Assembly (NCBI GenBank): GCA_965207445.1
Contig: CBDBLX010000002.1
Span: forward strand, 928,001 to 992,000
Direction of reading: 5' to 3'
DNA from: Nitrosopumilus sp.
GTDB taxonomy: Archaea; Thermoproteota; Nitrososphaeria; Nitrososphaerales; Nitrosopumilaceae
DNA length: 64,000 bases
Position 1 is the first letter of the stretch; each line of letters starts with the position of its first letter. Shown here one piece after another: positions 51,270 through 60,270 of the stretch. The position numbers were made by a program, and so were the translations under genes. The notes beneath the pieces were generated by a model. It was not told the DNA's origin. It saw only the letters and a program-made list of their open reading frames with translations, and did not search any database.

Positions 51270-53096
51270 TTAGTTTGTGTCCCCTAATTTGGGCGCAAAG
51301 ATGTACACAAGTGCTATTATCTCTAGTCTTCCAAATATCATCAAAAAGCTCAACATGATTTTAGTTGCAGGATCTGTATCAAAATCGATCACACCTGTGG
51401 TCAATCCCCCTGTTGTAATTACGCCACTTGCCTCAAAGAATGATTCTGTATATGATGCTCCTGTAACTGATGATAGGTGCGCTCCTGCCACAGCAGCAAT
51501 AATGGGAAACAATGACACTATAATCAATGCACTAATGACTTCGTTTTTGATCTCTGGTTTCATGGTTCTTCGAGTAGATGTACGTATCAAGTTCAAGAGA
51601 TTTCGCAGGGCAATGAGGCGGAACACCTTCATTCCCCCTGCAGTTGAGAATCCACATCCTCCAATAAACATCAACATAACAAGCACACTGTAAGCAGCTC
51701 CATTGAGCCCCAGTGTACTTTGAATCTGTAAACCTGCTGTTGTGCTAGCAGACACTGCATAAAATGCAGACTCTAAAAAGTCTATACCACTCAATACAAT
51801 GAACAATGCAGTGCCAATTCCTAGTATGTAAAAGTATACCATTACCTCGCGTCCTAATTTTTTTACTCGCAATTTTTTACTCACAAAACTATAGTGAAAT
51901 GTGAATGGTAATGCACCTAAAATCATTGCAATCATCAACACTACATAATCTGTCCACAGAAGACCATCTAGTATCGTTGATGATGGCAAAAATCCTCCTG
52001 TTGCAACCGTACTCATAGATAACGAGAAATCATCTAGTAAGTTTTTCTTTCCAAGAAAGAATAGTATAAGTGCTAGTGTGACTATATACAGCATAAAAAT
52101 TACTGTGATCGATAAAAATAATTCTTTGAGATGCAGCGCCCTGCCTGTAAGAAAGCCCCGCATTGATTTTAGTTGACCCTCAGAATAAAATGCTGTTATG
52201 ACTAGATATATGAAACTCATACCACCGACGAGCTGCGTATAACTTCGGAAAAATGTAAAACTTTGTCCCAAGTCCTCTGGTGTGTCAAACAGTGATATCC
52301 CTCCAGTAGTGAATCCTGCTGCGCTTGAGAAAAACGAATTTGCAAATATTTCTGTATGTGACATGTCCGGTGGCATTACATACAGGTATGGAATGGAACC
52401 GAACAGCGACATTATAAATAAACTTGATAAAACTAGTATGGATGCCTGCCTCATGTTTAGTCCTGCTTTTTCTCCATATGTGTTAAGTGAGAACCCTGTT
52501 GCAAGAAGCAATACGGTGGTAAGATAGATGCCTGTTGCAGTTGTTGTATCTTCCAAGACAGTAGCTACAATTGCAGGTACAAACAACAGCACTCCTGCAA
52601 ACTGTAACACAAATCCAAGATTCCCCAATACTGCTCTAACAGGTGGACTGAGCAATCGAGGTGGACTTACAACTGCTTCTTTTCGAGCACGAGTTATGCC
52701 TTCTTGTCTGATTACTCCTCTAAGCGTACCATTATCTGCAACTACTGGTAATTTGTGCACACCTTCTTTAATCATTAAATTTGCTGCATCTGAAAGAGTA
52801 GTATTCTCTTTTACTGTAATTAATGAAGTGCTCATTATTTGTGAAAGTGTTGATCTCTCAACGTTGATGTTTGTATCACTAACAGTCTCCAATATGTCTA
52901 CATCTGTCACTATGCCAACTGGGCGACGTGATTTCTTATCAATTACAATGACTGTATCTGTATTGTTATCATTCATTCTCTGTGCTGCATTCCTTGCAGT
53001 ATCATCTGGACTCATAATGGTATAATCCATACGCATATACTCTCTGACGTGTTTTGTACTGAGATAGTTTAGTGCACGCTCAGGGTCAGTTGACAT
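51270..53096 (-). CDS. trkH: CBS-domain / TrkH-type potassium transporter fusion
   Basis: N-terminal CBS pair; four pore motifs FTTGG, ATGG, TTAG and TTGG; MFIGG and MIFGRLE. Confidence 0.9.
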   Translation of the reverse strand: MSTDPERALNYLSTKHVREYMRMDYTIMSPDDTARNAAQRMNDNNTDTVIVIDKKSRRPVGIVTDVDILETVSDTNINVERSTLSQIMSTSLITVKENTTLSDAANLMIKEGVHKLPVVADNGTLRGVIRQEGITRARKEAVVSPPRLLSPPVRAVLGNLGFVLQFAGVLLFVPAIVATVLEDTTTATGIYLTTVLLLATGFSLNTYGEKAGLNMRQASILVLSSLFIMSLFGSIPYLYVMPPDMSHTEIFANSFFSSAAGFTTGGISLFDTPEDLGQSFTFFRSYTQLVGGMSFIYLVITAFYSEGQLKSMRGFLTGRALHLKELFLSITVIFMLYIVTLALILFFLGKKNLLDDFSLSMSTVATGGFLPSSTILDGLLWTDYVVLMIAMILGALPFTFHYSFVSKKLRVKKLGREVMVYFYILGIGTALFIVLSGIDFLESAFYAVSASTTAGLQIQSTLGLNGAAYSVLVMLMFIGGCGFSTAGGMKVFRLIALRNLLNLIRTSTRRTMKPEIKNEVISALIIVSLFPIIAAVAGAHLSSVTGASYTESFFEASGVITTGGLTTGVIDFDTDPATKIMLSFLMIFGRLEIIALVYIFAPKLGDTN

Positions 53097-53142
53097 ATTT
53101 TATACAGAATGCGGTTGTTAAATAACGTAATGCGGTTGTTTT

Positions 53143-53969
53143 AGCGTGTTGCATAACTCGTAAATTTATACTCCTCTGGGGTCGTGGCCATGTGGTCTGA
53201 GCCGCGCAACCTACGTTACACGATTCGAAGCCACTCAAATGCTCTGTAAACTGGACAGGAAGACTGTCTGCCTCAAGCTACGATGCCAGCGGGTGTGTCA
53301 AGTCACGCCTACAACAAGCCATATGCGGGCCGTGCTTCCAAGCCTACAAAGTGTACGCGCAAAACATGGCGTGGTAGATGCCTTGGTATTTTGTGAGTAC
53401 ATATACATATCTCCATATTTGTATTTAACCTATACAATGTTCTATTATACAGCAGTGTATATGTGCAAATAGGTTAAATACGCATAATGTGAGATTCCAT
53501 CGATCAAGGAAATGATGAGATCAAAACATCAGCAATGTAGTATTGTAAAGGATAAATTTAACACTGCTTGTGCCCCGCGCACGCAAACCAGAGGTGAGGT
53601 TGTATCATGAACAAAAGTGCAGAGAAGGTAGACAAAACCACCACGCAGGTAGGCAAAAGTGCAGAGAAGGTAGACAAAACCACCAAACAGCGAAAACCAG
53701 ACACGCGATCATCATACGAATACAATGACAAGTATGTCAAACGTGCATACTATCTGTTTGACATGATGGTAAACCTAATTGAAAACTATAATGAACCGGA
53801 GGAGCTAGCTGCCATGAACCGCAACAAGCGAGGACGTCCATTCGTGTGCACACCCCGACTAATAGCAATTGTATCGCGCGTACGTGACGTGTTACAACTA
53901 CCATACAGATCAGGTGAGGGTATGTGTGAGGCCATCAGCCTCAAAATATTCCGGCGGATTCAATTATAA
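53143..53969 (+). mobile_element. IS5-family (IS903-like) element, 3'-truncated; transposase fragment at 53607-53969
   Basis: YND..VKR, EL..MN..KRGRPF and LPYR..EG are typical of archaeal IS5 N-termini. 42-bp duplication at the start. Candidate left end TGTTGCATAA at about 53147 (boundary uncertain). Confidence 0.7.
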
Positions 53970-53996
53970 AAACCTCTATCATTTTCTTATGTTTTT

Positions 53997-54548
53997 TTAA
54001 TTGTTGTACCAATGGCGCCAAGATGGACGCAACCACCACATTCGAGGTTTTGCGTTTATTATACGAGAATGTTTGGATTCAAGTGCATTTACTTTCAACT
54101 CCACTTCATTTTGGAAGTCACATAACTTATCGTTCATGAGACTATCCGATCCGATCGATCCTTTAACACCTCCATTGCTTAACTTTGACAATTCAATTTT
54201 ATATGGGTGCGGCCCAAATATTCCATAAAACGTATCACGTTTTATCATTTCATGATATTGTTTATGAATAGATTTTGATAATAAATTACCATATCTGTCA
54301 AAATAATCTTGCAAATATAGAAAATCCCTCTGTGTCATTTGATGTGTGTATTCACTATTTTTGAATCTTTCACCTTGGACTTCATATTTTTGTAACAATT
54401 GAAGCAACAGTTTAGACACATTAAGCTCATTTTGTATATATTTTCCATCTTGCTCTATGATCGTATTACGATGAATATATAATTGAGTAATTACTGTTGA
54501 AATCACTATTGCACCCGCTCCTATGATTGGTGCTAACGATTCAATCAT
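53997..54548 (-). CDS. Hypothetical protein with an N-terminal TM helix, last gene of the RM operon
   Basis: Overlaps the mod stop by 8 bp; lower GC than mod/res. Confidence 0.7.
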   Translation of the reverse strand: MIESLAPIIGAGAIVISTVITQLYIHRNTIIEQDGKYIQNELNVSKLLLQLLQKYEVQGERFKNSEYTHQMTQRDFLYLQDYFDRYGNLLSKSIHKQYHEMIKRDTFYGIFGPHPYKIELSKLSNGGVKGSIGSDSLMNDKLCDFQNEVELKVNALESKHSRIINAKPRMWWLRPSWRHWYNN

Positions 54549-57075
54549 TATTTTGAACCTCGTGTATTGTGGTCATTACTTCGCCATATTCAGTAATTAT
54601 GCGGACCGCGATACGGCCACTTTTGGGAGTGTCAAACGGTAGGGATTCTAAGGATGTCATAGCATCCCAATGTTCATTGTTAATCTTTGTGGCGAGTTTA
54701 TTTTTGAGATTTTTTATCTGCTTATCGTTATCCTTGTCAGGAAGGTGTATCCTTCTTGCAAAGAATGACTGTCCATCATAGTTTGTATCTAACATCCAAC
54801 AATCTATGTTGTCGGCGCGTCCTGTATTGACCATGCCGGTTTCAGGGTTAAATGTGTCATATCCTATTACCTTTACAACCACTTTGTTCTTTCCGTGCTT
54901 TTTTACGTCAATATCTGGCTCTCCAAGCATTACAAATGACGAATCATCTTTTTTGTGCATTAATTCTTTGAGTGCCAAATCATTGTTTATCTTGATCTTG
55001 TGGATCTGTATCTTGCCTCGTTTTTCTGTCCGTTTGTCATATGCAACTGCTTCAAACTCAAATGCAAGAACAAACAACTTTTCAATACTGGGATATTGTA
55101 CTGTTTCCTCTGCTGCATGATTTATGAGATTCACTCCAGCAGTATTATCGTCTGGCAGTAGTACAACAGCTACTTTTTCTCCAGTCTCTCGAAGTCTGGC
55201 CTCATGTGTCAGTAATGTGCCATTCGACCATGCATTCGCATCCTCAAGATGCCATCGTTTTTTTGTGCCTGGTATTATGATGCCTGCAACGCTGATTGCT
55301 TCTAGTATTGTAGGGAATACATCGCCACTTTGGTTATCATATTCGTGTGTGCTAATGTATTTGTGTGGTGAGGCAGATTCAACAGTAAACGGTGAACTAA
55401 TCCTCTTTGTACCGCGTTTTTTGATAGGTTGATTTACTAGATGTATAACGTCGGGCTTATTGTCATATGCAAGCGTAGCGGCAGAAATATGTGGTACGCG
55501 CTCGTAGACAAACCCACTACTTGGATCGTATTGATGATCATGGCTATCTTGTACTGTAGGGGTGTTTGTTCCTGCAAGCCTTGATTCTTCTAGTCGCCCT
55601 TCGTAACTATCTTTTGTAAGACACCATTCGTTTATTGCCGTTATGATTCTTTGTCTACACAAGGATATTTGTACTGGGTTGATATCGATTGTAATCCAAC
55701 GTCTACCCAATTTTTCAGACACAAATGCTGTCGTACCTGACCCACATGTAGGATCTAATACCAAATCCCCTGGATCTGTTGCCATGAGTATGCATCTTTC
55801 TATAACTGATTCGGCTGTTTCAACTATGAAATGTTTGTCTGATGGTGCCATTTGTGTGTGCCAAACATTATTAATTTTTCTTCCTGGTACTTCATTTTCG
55901 TATTTTTTCCAATGGAGTGTATGTTTGCCGGGAGCGGCAAGTCGATTCAACATACCTAGTTTTTTTAACCCATCATGAGATACACGCCATTGAGTACCTT
56001 TTGGGCATTTATATTGAGTATTTTTCCAAATAAATGGATCAGAGTATCCAGTTGAAGATTCTGATTGTGATGTCAATGGCATTAATCTGAATAAACGTGC
56101 TTTTTGTGGTAATAATTCTGGATTATTTTTTTCATCTTGAGTTAATGTACGTATTTTTTTATCAGGTAGTTCAACCATTGCAGCAAATGACATATGTTCT
56201 ATTTTTTCTTTTTTTGTTAGCGGTGTATATAATTGATGGAATTTTAATTCATTTTTGTTTTTTGCATACCAGAGTATCCATGTAGCTACATCTGGAAGTA
56301 ATTTAGTAGGTGATGAGCCTGTTGTTGCAAATGGAATAGTTACAATTTTGTTCTCAACCCCAAATATCTCGTCTAGTATAATTGCCATACGGTGTACATG
56401 TGCGCTCCCTATCTGCAGAAAAAAACTCCCTGACTCTCTCAATAACATCCTAGAGTATGTGGCAATACGGTATATGCTGTCCATGTAGGAATGTATGCCA
56501 TCTTTGTACGTGTCGCGGAATGCCCTCTTACTCTTACTGTCCTGAGGCGCTCCACCTTTGGTTTTCTTGGTGCTGACTTGGAACATAGTCTCAAAGTTGA
56601 TCCCATACGGTGGATCAAAATATATCATCTGCACCTCACCCTTCATCCCTTCTCTGTGCAGAAAGGATGCCATGACTTTGGATGTGTCACCATGTATAAT
56701 CCTGTTGGACCAGTTTCCTCTGTGCTTGTACCAATTGTATTTTGCGTCTTCTGGATAACCGTTGAACGAGAAGAGATGAGTTTGTTCTCCGGGCGTCTGG
56801 TCTATGAGATGATTGATGAACCATGAAGGATCTACCTTTTCTTGTATGTACAATGGATGTGCTTCACGTGCCACATATTTTTTGTCCGTGTTACGTCGCC
56901 ATGACAGGCGGGGCATGCCTTCGTCCGATCTTATGTTTGGATAGAATACAGCAGATTCGCGCTCTTCGTCTGCCATGTACTGGTCGTCTGATTCGGTGGG
57001 TATCTTTGTCCGTCTGGATTTTGTATGATGGTAACTGCGGGGGGGGGGGGCGGTTTCTTTTTTGGTGGTGGTCAT
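54541..57075 (-). CDS. mod: Type III-like RM DNA methyltransferase (Mod; beta-class N6/N4 MTase)
   Basis: DPPY precedes LDPTCGSGTT; C-terminal W.LDTNYDG.SF..R and IAVRI; ATGA overlap with the res stop. Confidence 0.9.
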   Translation of the reverse strand: MTTTKKETAPPPRSYHHTKSRRTKIPTESDDQYMADEERESAVFYPNIRSDEGMPRLSWRRNTDKKYVAREAHPLYIQEKVDPSWFINHLIDQTPGEQTHLFSFNGYPEDAKYNWYKHRGNWSNRIIHGDTSKVMASFLHREGMKGEVQMIYFDPPYGINFETMFQVSTKKTKGGAPQDSKSKRAFRDTYKDGIHSYMDSIYRIATYSRMLLRESGSFFLQIGSAHVHRMAIILDEIFGVENKIVTIPFATTGSSPTKLLPDVATWILWYAKNKNELKFHQLYTPLTKKEKIEHMSFAAMVELPDKKIRTLTQDEKNNPELLPQKARLFRLMPLTSQSESSTGYSDPFIWKNTQYKCPKGTQWRVSHDGLKKLGMLNRLAAPGKHTLHWKKYENEVPGRKINNVWHTQMAPSDKHFIVETAESVIERCILMATDPGDLVLDPTCGSGTTAFVSEKLGRRWITIDINPVQISLCRQRIITAINEWCLTKDSYEGRLEESRLAGTNTPTVQDSHDHQYDPSSGFVYERVPHISAATLAYDNKPDVIHLVNQPIKKRGTKRISSPFTVESASPHKYISTHEYDNQSGDVFPTILEAISVAGIIIPGTKKRWHLEDANAWSNGTLLTHEARLRETGEKVAVVLLPDDNTAGVNLINHAAEETVQYPSIEKLFVLAFEFEAVAYDKRTEKRGKIQIHKIKINNDLALKELMHKKDDSSFVMLGEPDIDVKKHGKNKVVVKVIGYDTFNPETGMVNTGRADNIDCWMLDTNYDGQSFFARRIHLPDKDNDKQIKNLKNKLATKINNEHWDAMTSLESLPFDTPKSGRIAVRIITEYGEVMTTIHEVQNND
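57039..57050 (-). repeat. C12 homopolymer (G12 on the + strand) in codons 9-13 of mod
   Basis: Directly visible; in frame, encoding APPPR. Confidence 0.95.
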
Positions 57076-60008
57076 ATCATACACGCCTCACTTATCTGTC
57101 TCTTTGCAGATTTAACATTCTCAATCCAGACACTTCTCCATTCACCATACTCGCCGTCATTATGTGCAGACACTGAAGGGCACCACCAGTTCTCCATGTA
57201 ATACCTTTTCGCCTGTTCCTCTGCCTCTTTCTTTTTCATTCCTTTGAACTCAATAACAAGGTGTACAGGCTTGTCATTTTTCTTCGTCTTTACACGCGCA
57301 ACAAAGTCCGGTTCTGTATCTCTCCACGTATTCTGTGATTTATCAAACCAGTGTATCTTAAAATCCAGTCTAAAGTTTCGTGTCCATGCTTCGACGCTGG
57401 GGTGGGTATCAAGTATCTTGGCAATTGATGCTTCCTCGCTGGAATGGCATGCGGCTCTGTTCAGCTCGGACTTTTTCAAGAATGTATTCTGGGTATTCAC
57501 TGCATCCATATCATCATACAGCGTGGAATTCTCACTGTTACCTATTTTCTTGTATGTGTGCTGCAATGTAGTCCTGAACCTGACTCCCTCTGTTGTCAAC
57601 AACCTGTCTCCAGATTGGTACTTGTCTGCAAATATGGGTCGGATGTTCACGACTTCATCATTATGGTCGCACGCCTCTGCAATCCTTTGCGGCACGTGCG
57701 GATCTGCCATGACTCCGGCGTGGTCATTGCATGTTATATTTGGATGATCAAGCCATTGTTTGACAATCCTACAAGAGTCGACAAATGAAATGTTTCTGCC
57801 TGTCATGATGTGCTGTCCGACATCGTGATCACGATCAGAATCATGATTTAGTAGTTCTGCTACTTGACGTGCTGTATTCCATATTGAAGTCTGTACTCGG
57901 CGCTCCCGTACTACTGTCATGCCGCTGCCAGCTGGGCCTTGGACTTCCGTTACTGTGGGTTCTGACTTTATTACATACGTCATGACTTTGTCTGGATTAA
58001 GCACAAAGCGTCGCCGCTTTCTCGGGTTTTGATACCCGATTACATTTGGAAATGATATGCGGAATTTTTCATTACCTGTCACTGAAAACACCATGTATGG
58101 TTGCGCGGGTGGTTGCAGCTTGACATCTCCTCCACGTGCAAATGTATATGGTACTCCGAACACGTTGGCGTACTCGGGCTTTTGTTTAGCAAATCCTACA
58201 AATGAAGTCCGTCTCAGGGCCCTGCCAGTAACCTGTTCACACAGCAATTGACTGCCAAATCTCCTGTATCCAAACACGTGGGTTACATTCTTGGCGTCCC
58301 ACCCTTCAGTCAGCATACCTACGGATATCACGCACCGTATGTGTCTGGCAGCCCCGCTTTGCCCTACTGATGTAAAGAGGCTTCGTATCTGTTCTTGTTT
58401 TTTGTCAAGTGATCCATCAAGTCCAAACAACGTGGCTTGTTCATCTACAATCTTCTTCTCAGAACCTGAAGTGGGGGCCTTTTCAAACAAGCGAGAGTGG
58501 ACAAGAAGAGTAGGAGGGAGATTCAGAGGATTACCGTCTTGGTCATAGTTTGAGAACATACTCAGGTGCCCGCGAGCTCCACGTTTGCCATCTGAATGGC
58601 GGCTTCCTGCGATCCATCTGTAGATGGCAGTTGCATTTTTAATGTTGTTTGCAACTATGATAAAGATCGGAATTATGCCGATCTCATCGTATGCAGGATT
58701 TACTTTATCATGATAGTGCTTGTACAACTGCTCAAGCGGCTCTTGCACCTGTACGGACAGGTTGGGGCCGAGCGGCTTGCCAGAATTATATTCATATATG
58801 TTTCTGTATTTTGGGTGATAACTGTCTACATCATCTTTGACCGGAACCCTGGGTATCTTCACAAGTCCCGACTCTATCGCGTCAAGCAGGGAAAAGTCCG
58901 AGACGGTCCATGGAAATACTACGGATTCCACATTTTTTGGCTTTGAAATCCACATCGGAGTGGCAGAAAAGTCATGGACATGCACCAGCCTGTCCTGCCC
59001 CTTTAGCAGCTTCAGAGCGTTGAACCAAAGAGCGGCTGCTTTCTGATATTCTGCATATTCTACATCATACTGTCTTTCCTCCTGCGGTTTGTAGCAGTGA
59101 TGTGCCTCGTCGTTAATTACGACGACCTTTGATTTTGGGTCGTGTTCGCGCAGGACACGGTTTATCATATCCGTCTCACTCTCCTTGGAGTTCTCGACAT
59201 TTGCTCTACCAAGCATCCTCTTTTCTCTTGTGCCCAGCGACTTGCCGTCCATGGTTGCAGTTCGTCTCTGAAAGACATGAAAATTCACGACCGTAACCTG
59301 GGCCCTACCAAGCACGCGGTGAAATTCCCTTGGTGTTATCGCATCCCATAACTCTGTTCCCTTTTTTGGATCCAGCACCTCAAGTCTCTTTCTGACTGTC
59401 AGGTTGGGGGCTATGACAAGAAAGTTTGTTATGCCGCTGTCATCACGGTGGATGTCATTTACAAGCATCCATAGCATTGTCATGGCCATCACATTGGTCT
59501 TGCCGGTTCCGGTCGCCATCTTAAATGCGGTTCTATATACGCCGTCATTATACGCGTCGTTGATTGACTTGAGGTTACGCGTCACTCTCTTGTGAAATGC
59601 CGGATCGTGCACCTGCCCTGCCTCAAAGAGCCAGATCATGGTTTCTACTGCTTCCATCTGGCACCAAAACGGGCGCATCCCGGCGCCCGGATCGCTTCTA
59701 TTCCAAAACTCTAAGAGTCTTCTGGTTCTGTATGTTGTTCCTTTCCAACCATTTTGTCTCCAGTGTACTAGAGCATCACGGAGTCCATTGATTGTCATGT
59801 GGGGTTCTATGCTAGTTGAATCCACTATTGTTTTATTGCCATCTTCATCAGGCATGCCTGATGATGCTTCACTTGGTCTGCGACCACTACATACCTCATT
59901 GGTAGATCGTCCCCTTGGATCTGTTACATAATATGTGGCAGGTTCCTCATATGGTTTATGTAGTATGGGAGATTCATTGAACATGCGCTTGGTATCACTT
60001 CCTTGCAT
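57072..60008 (-). CDS. res: Type III-like restriction helicase-nuclease (Res; BPTD_3080-like)
   Basis: MATGTGKT, DEAHH, SATP, LTEGWD, Q..GRALRR, and a PD..E.KG nuclease motif. Confidence 0.92.
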   Translation of the reverse strand: MQGSDTKRMFNESPILHKPYEEPATYYVTDPRGRSTNEVCSGRRPSEASSGMPDEDGNKTIVDSTSIEPHMTINGLRDALVHWRQNGWKGTTYRTRRLLEFWNRSDPGAGMRPFWCQMEAVETMIWLFEAGQVHDPAFHKRVTRNLKSINDAYNDGVYRTAFKMATGTGKTNVMAMTMLWMLVNDIHRDDSGITNFLVIAPNLTVRKRLEVLDPKKGTELWDAITPREFHRVLGRAQVTVVNFHVFQRRTATMDGKSLGTREKRMLGRANVENSKESETDMINRVLREHDPKSKVVVINDEAHHCYKPQEERQYDVEYAEYQKAAALWFNALKLLKGQDRLVHVHDFSATPMWISKPKNVESVVFPWTVSDFSLLDAIESGLVKIPRVPVKDDVDSYHPKYRNIYEYNSGKPLGPNLSVQVQEPLEQLYKHYHDKVNPAYDEIGIIPIFIIVANNIKNATAIYRWIAGSRHSDGKRGARGHLSMFSNYDQDGNPLNLPPTLLVHSRLFEKAPTSGSEKKIVDEQATLFGLDGSLDKKQEQIRSLFTSVGQSGAARHIRCVISVGMLTEGWDAKNVTHVFGYRRFGSQLLCEQVTGRALRRTSFVGFAKQKPEYANVFGVPYTFARGGDVKLQPPAQPYMVFSVTGNEKFRISFPNVIGYQNPRKRRRFVLNPDKVMTYVIKSEPTVTEVQGPAGSGMTVVRERRVQTSIWNTARQVAELLNHDSDRDHDVGQHIMTGRNISFVDSCRIVKQWLDHPNITCNDHAGVMADPHVPQRIAEACDHNDEVVNIRPIFADKYQSGDRLLTTEGVRFRTTLQHTYKKIGNSENSTLYDDMDAVNTQNTFLKKSELNRAACHSSEEASIAKILDTHPSVEAWTRNFRLDFKIHWFDKSQNTWRDTEPDFVARVKTKKNDKPVHLVIEFKGMKKKEAEEQAKRYYMENWWCPSVSAHNDGEYGEWRSVWIENVKSAKRQISEACMI

Positions 60009-60222
60009 GTTGTTTGCGCTCTTTGGTTGGTAAAAACTTCAAGAGCTCTTCAAGAGACTCATCATAGTGTTTGATCCACTCTTTGGTGTACTCTACTGCT
60101 TTTCTTACATTCTCTATCCTGGCCTTTGACGGATCGTCCTTGGGTGCAATGTACAGAGACTTTGCCCCCGCCTGAAAGTAGAGGTACTTGGCTCCCCTTG
60201 ATCTCTTGGTTATCAGAGTCAT
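59995..60222 (-). CDS. Small basic protein, first gene of the RM operon (possible DNA-binding)
   Basis: K...G.KYLY.....SLYI beta motif plus helix; overlaps the res start. Confidence 0.65.
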   Translation of the reverse strand: MTLITKRSRGAKYLYFQAGAKSLYIAPKDDPSKARIENVRKAVEYTKEWIKHYDESLEELLKFLPTKERKQHARK

Positions 60223-60270
60223 GATGCTGGCTTATTATATGGTACTACTTTTAAGTGCTGTGTTTGCTGG

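Noticed and set aside
53178..53260. tRNA-like start GGGGTCGTGGCC
   Set aside because: I could not fold a cloverleaf with a matching acceptor stem or a properly placed T-loop.
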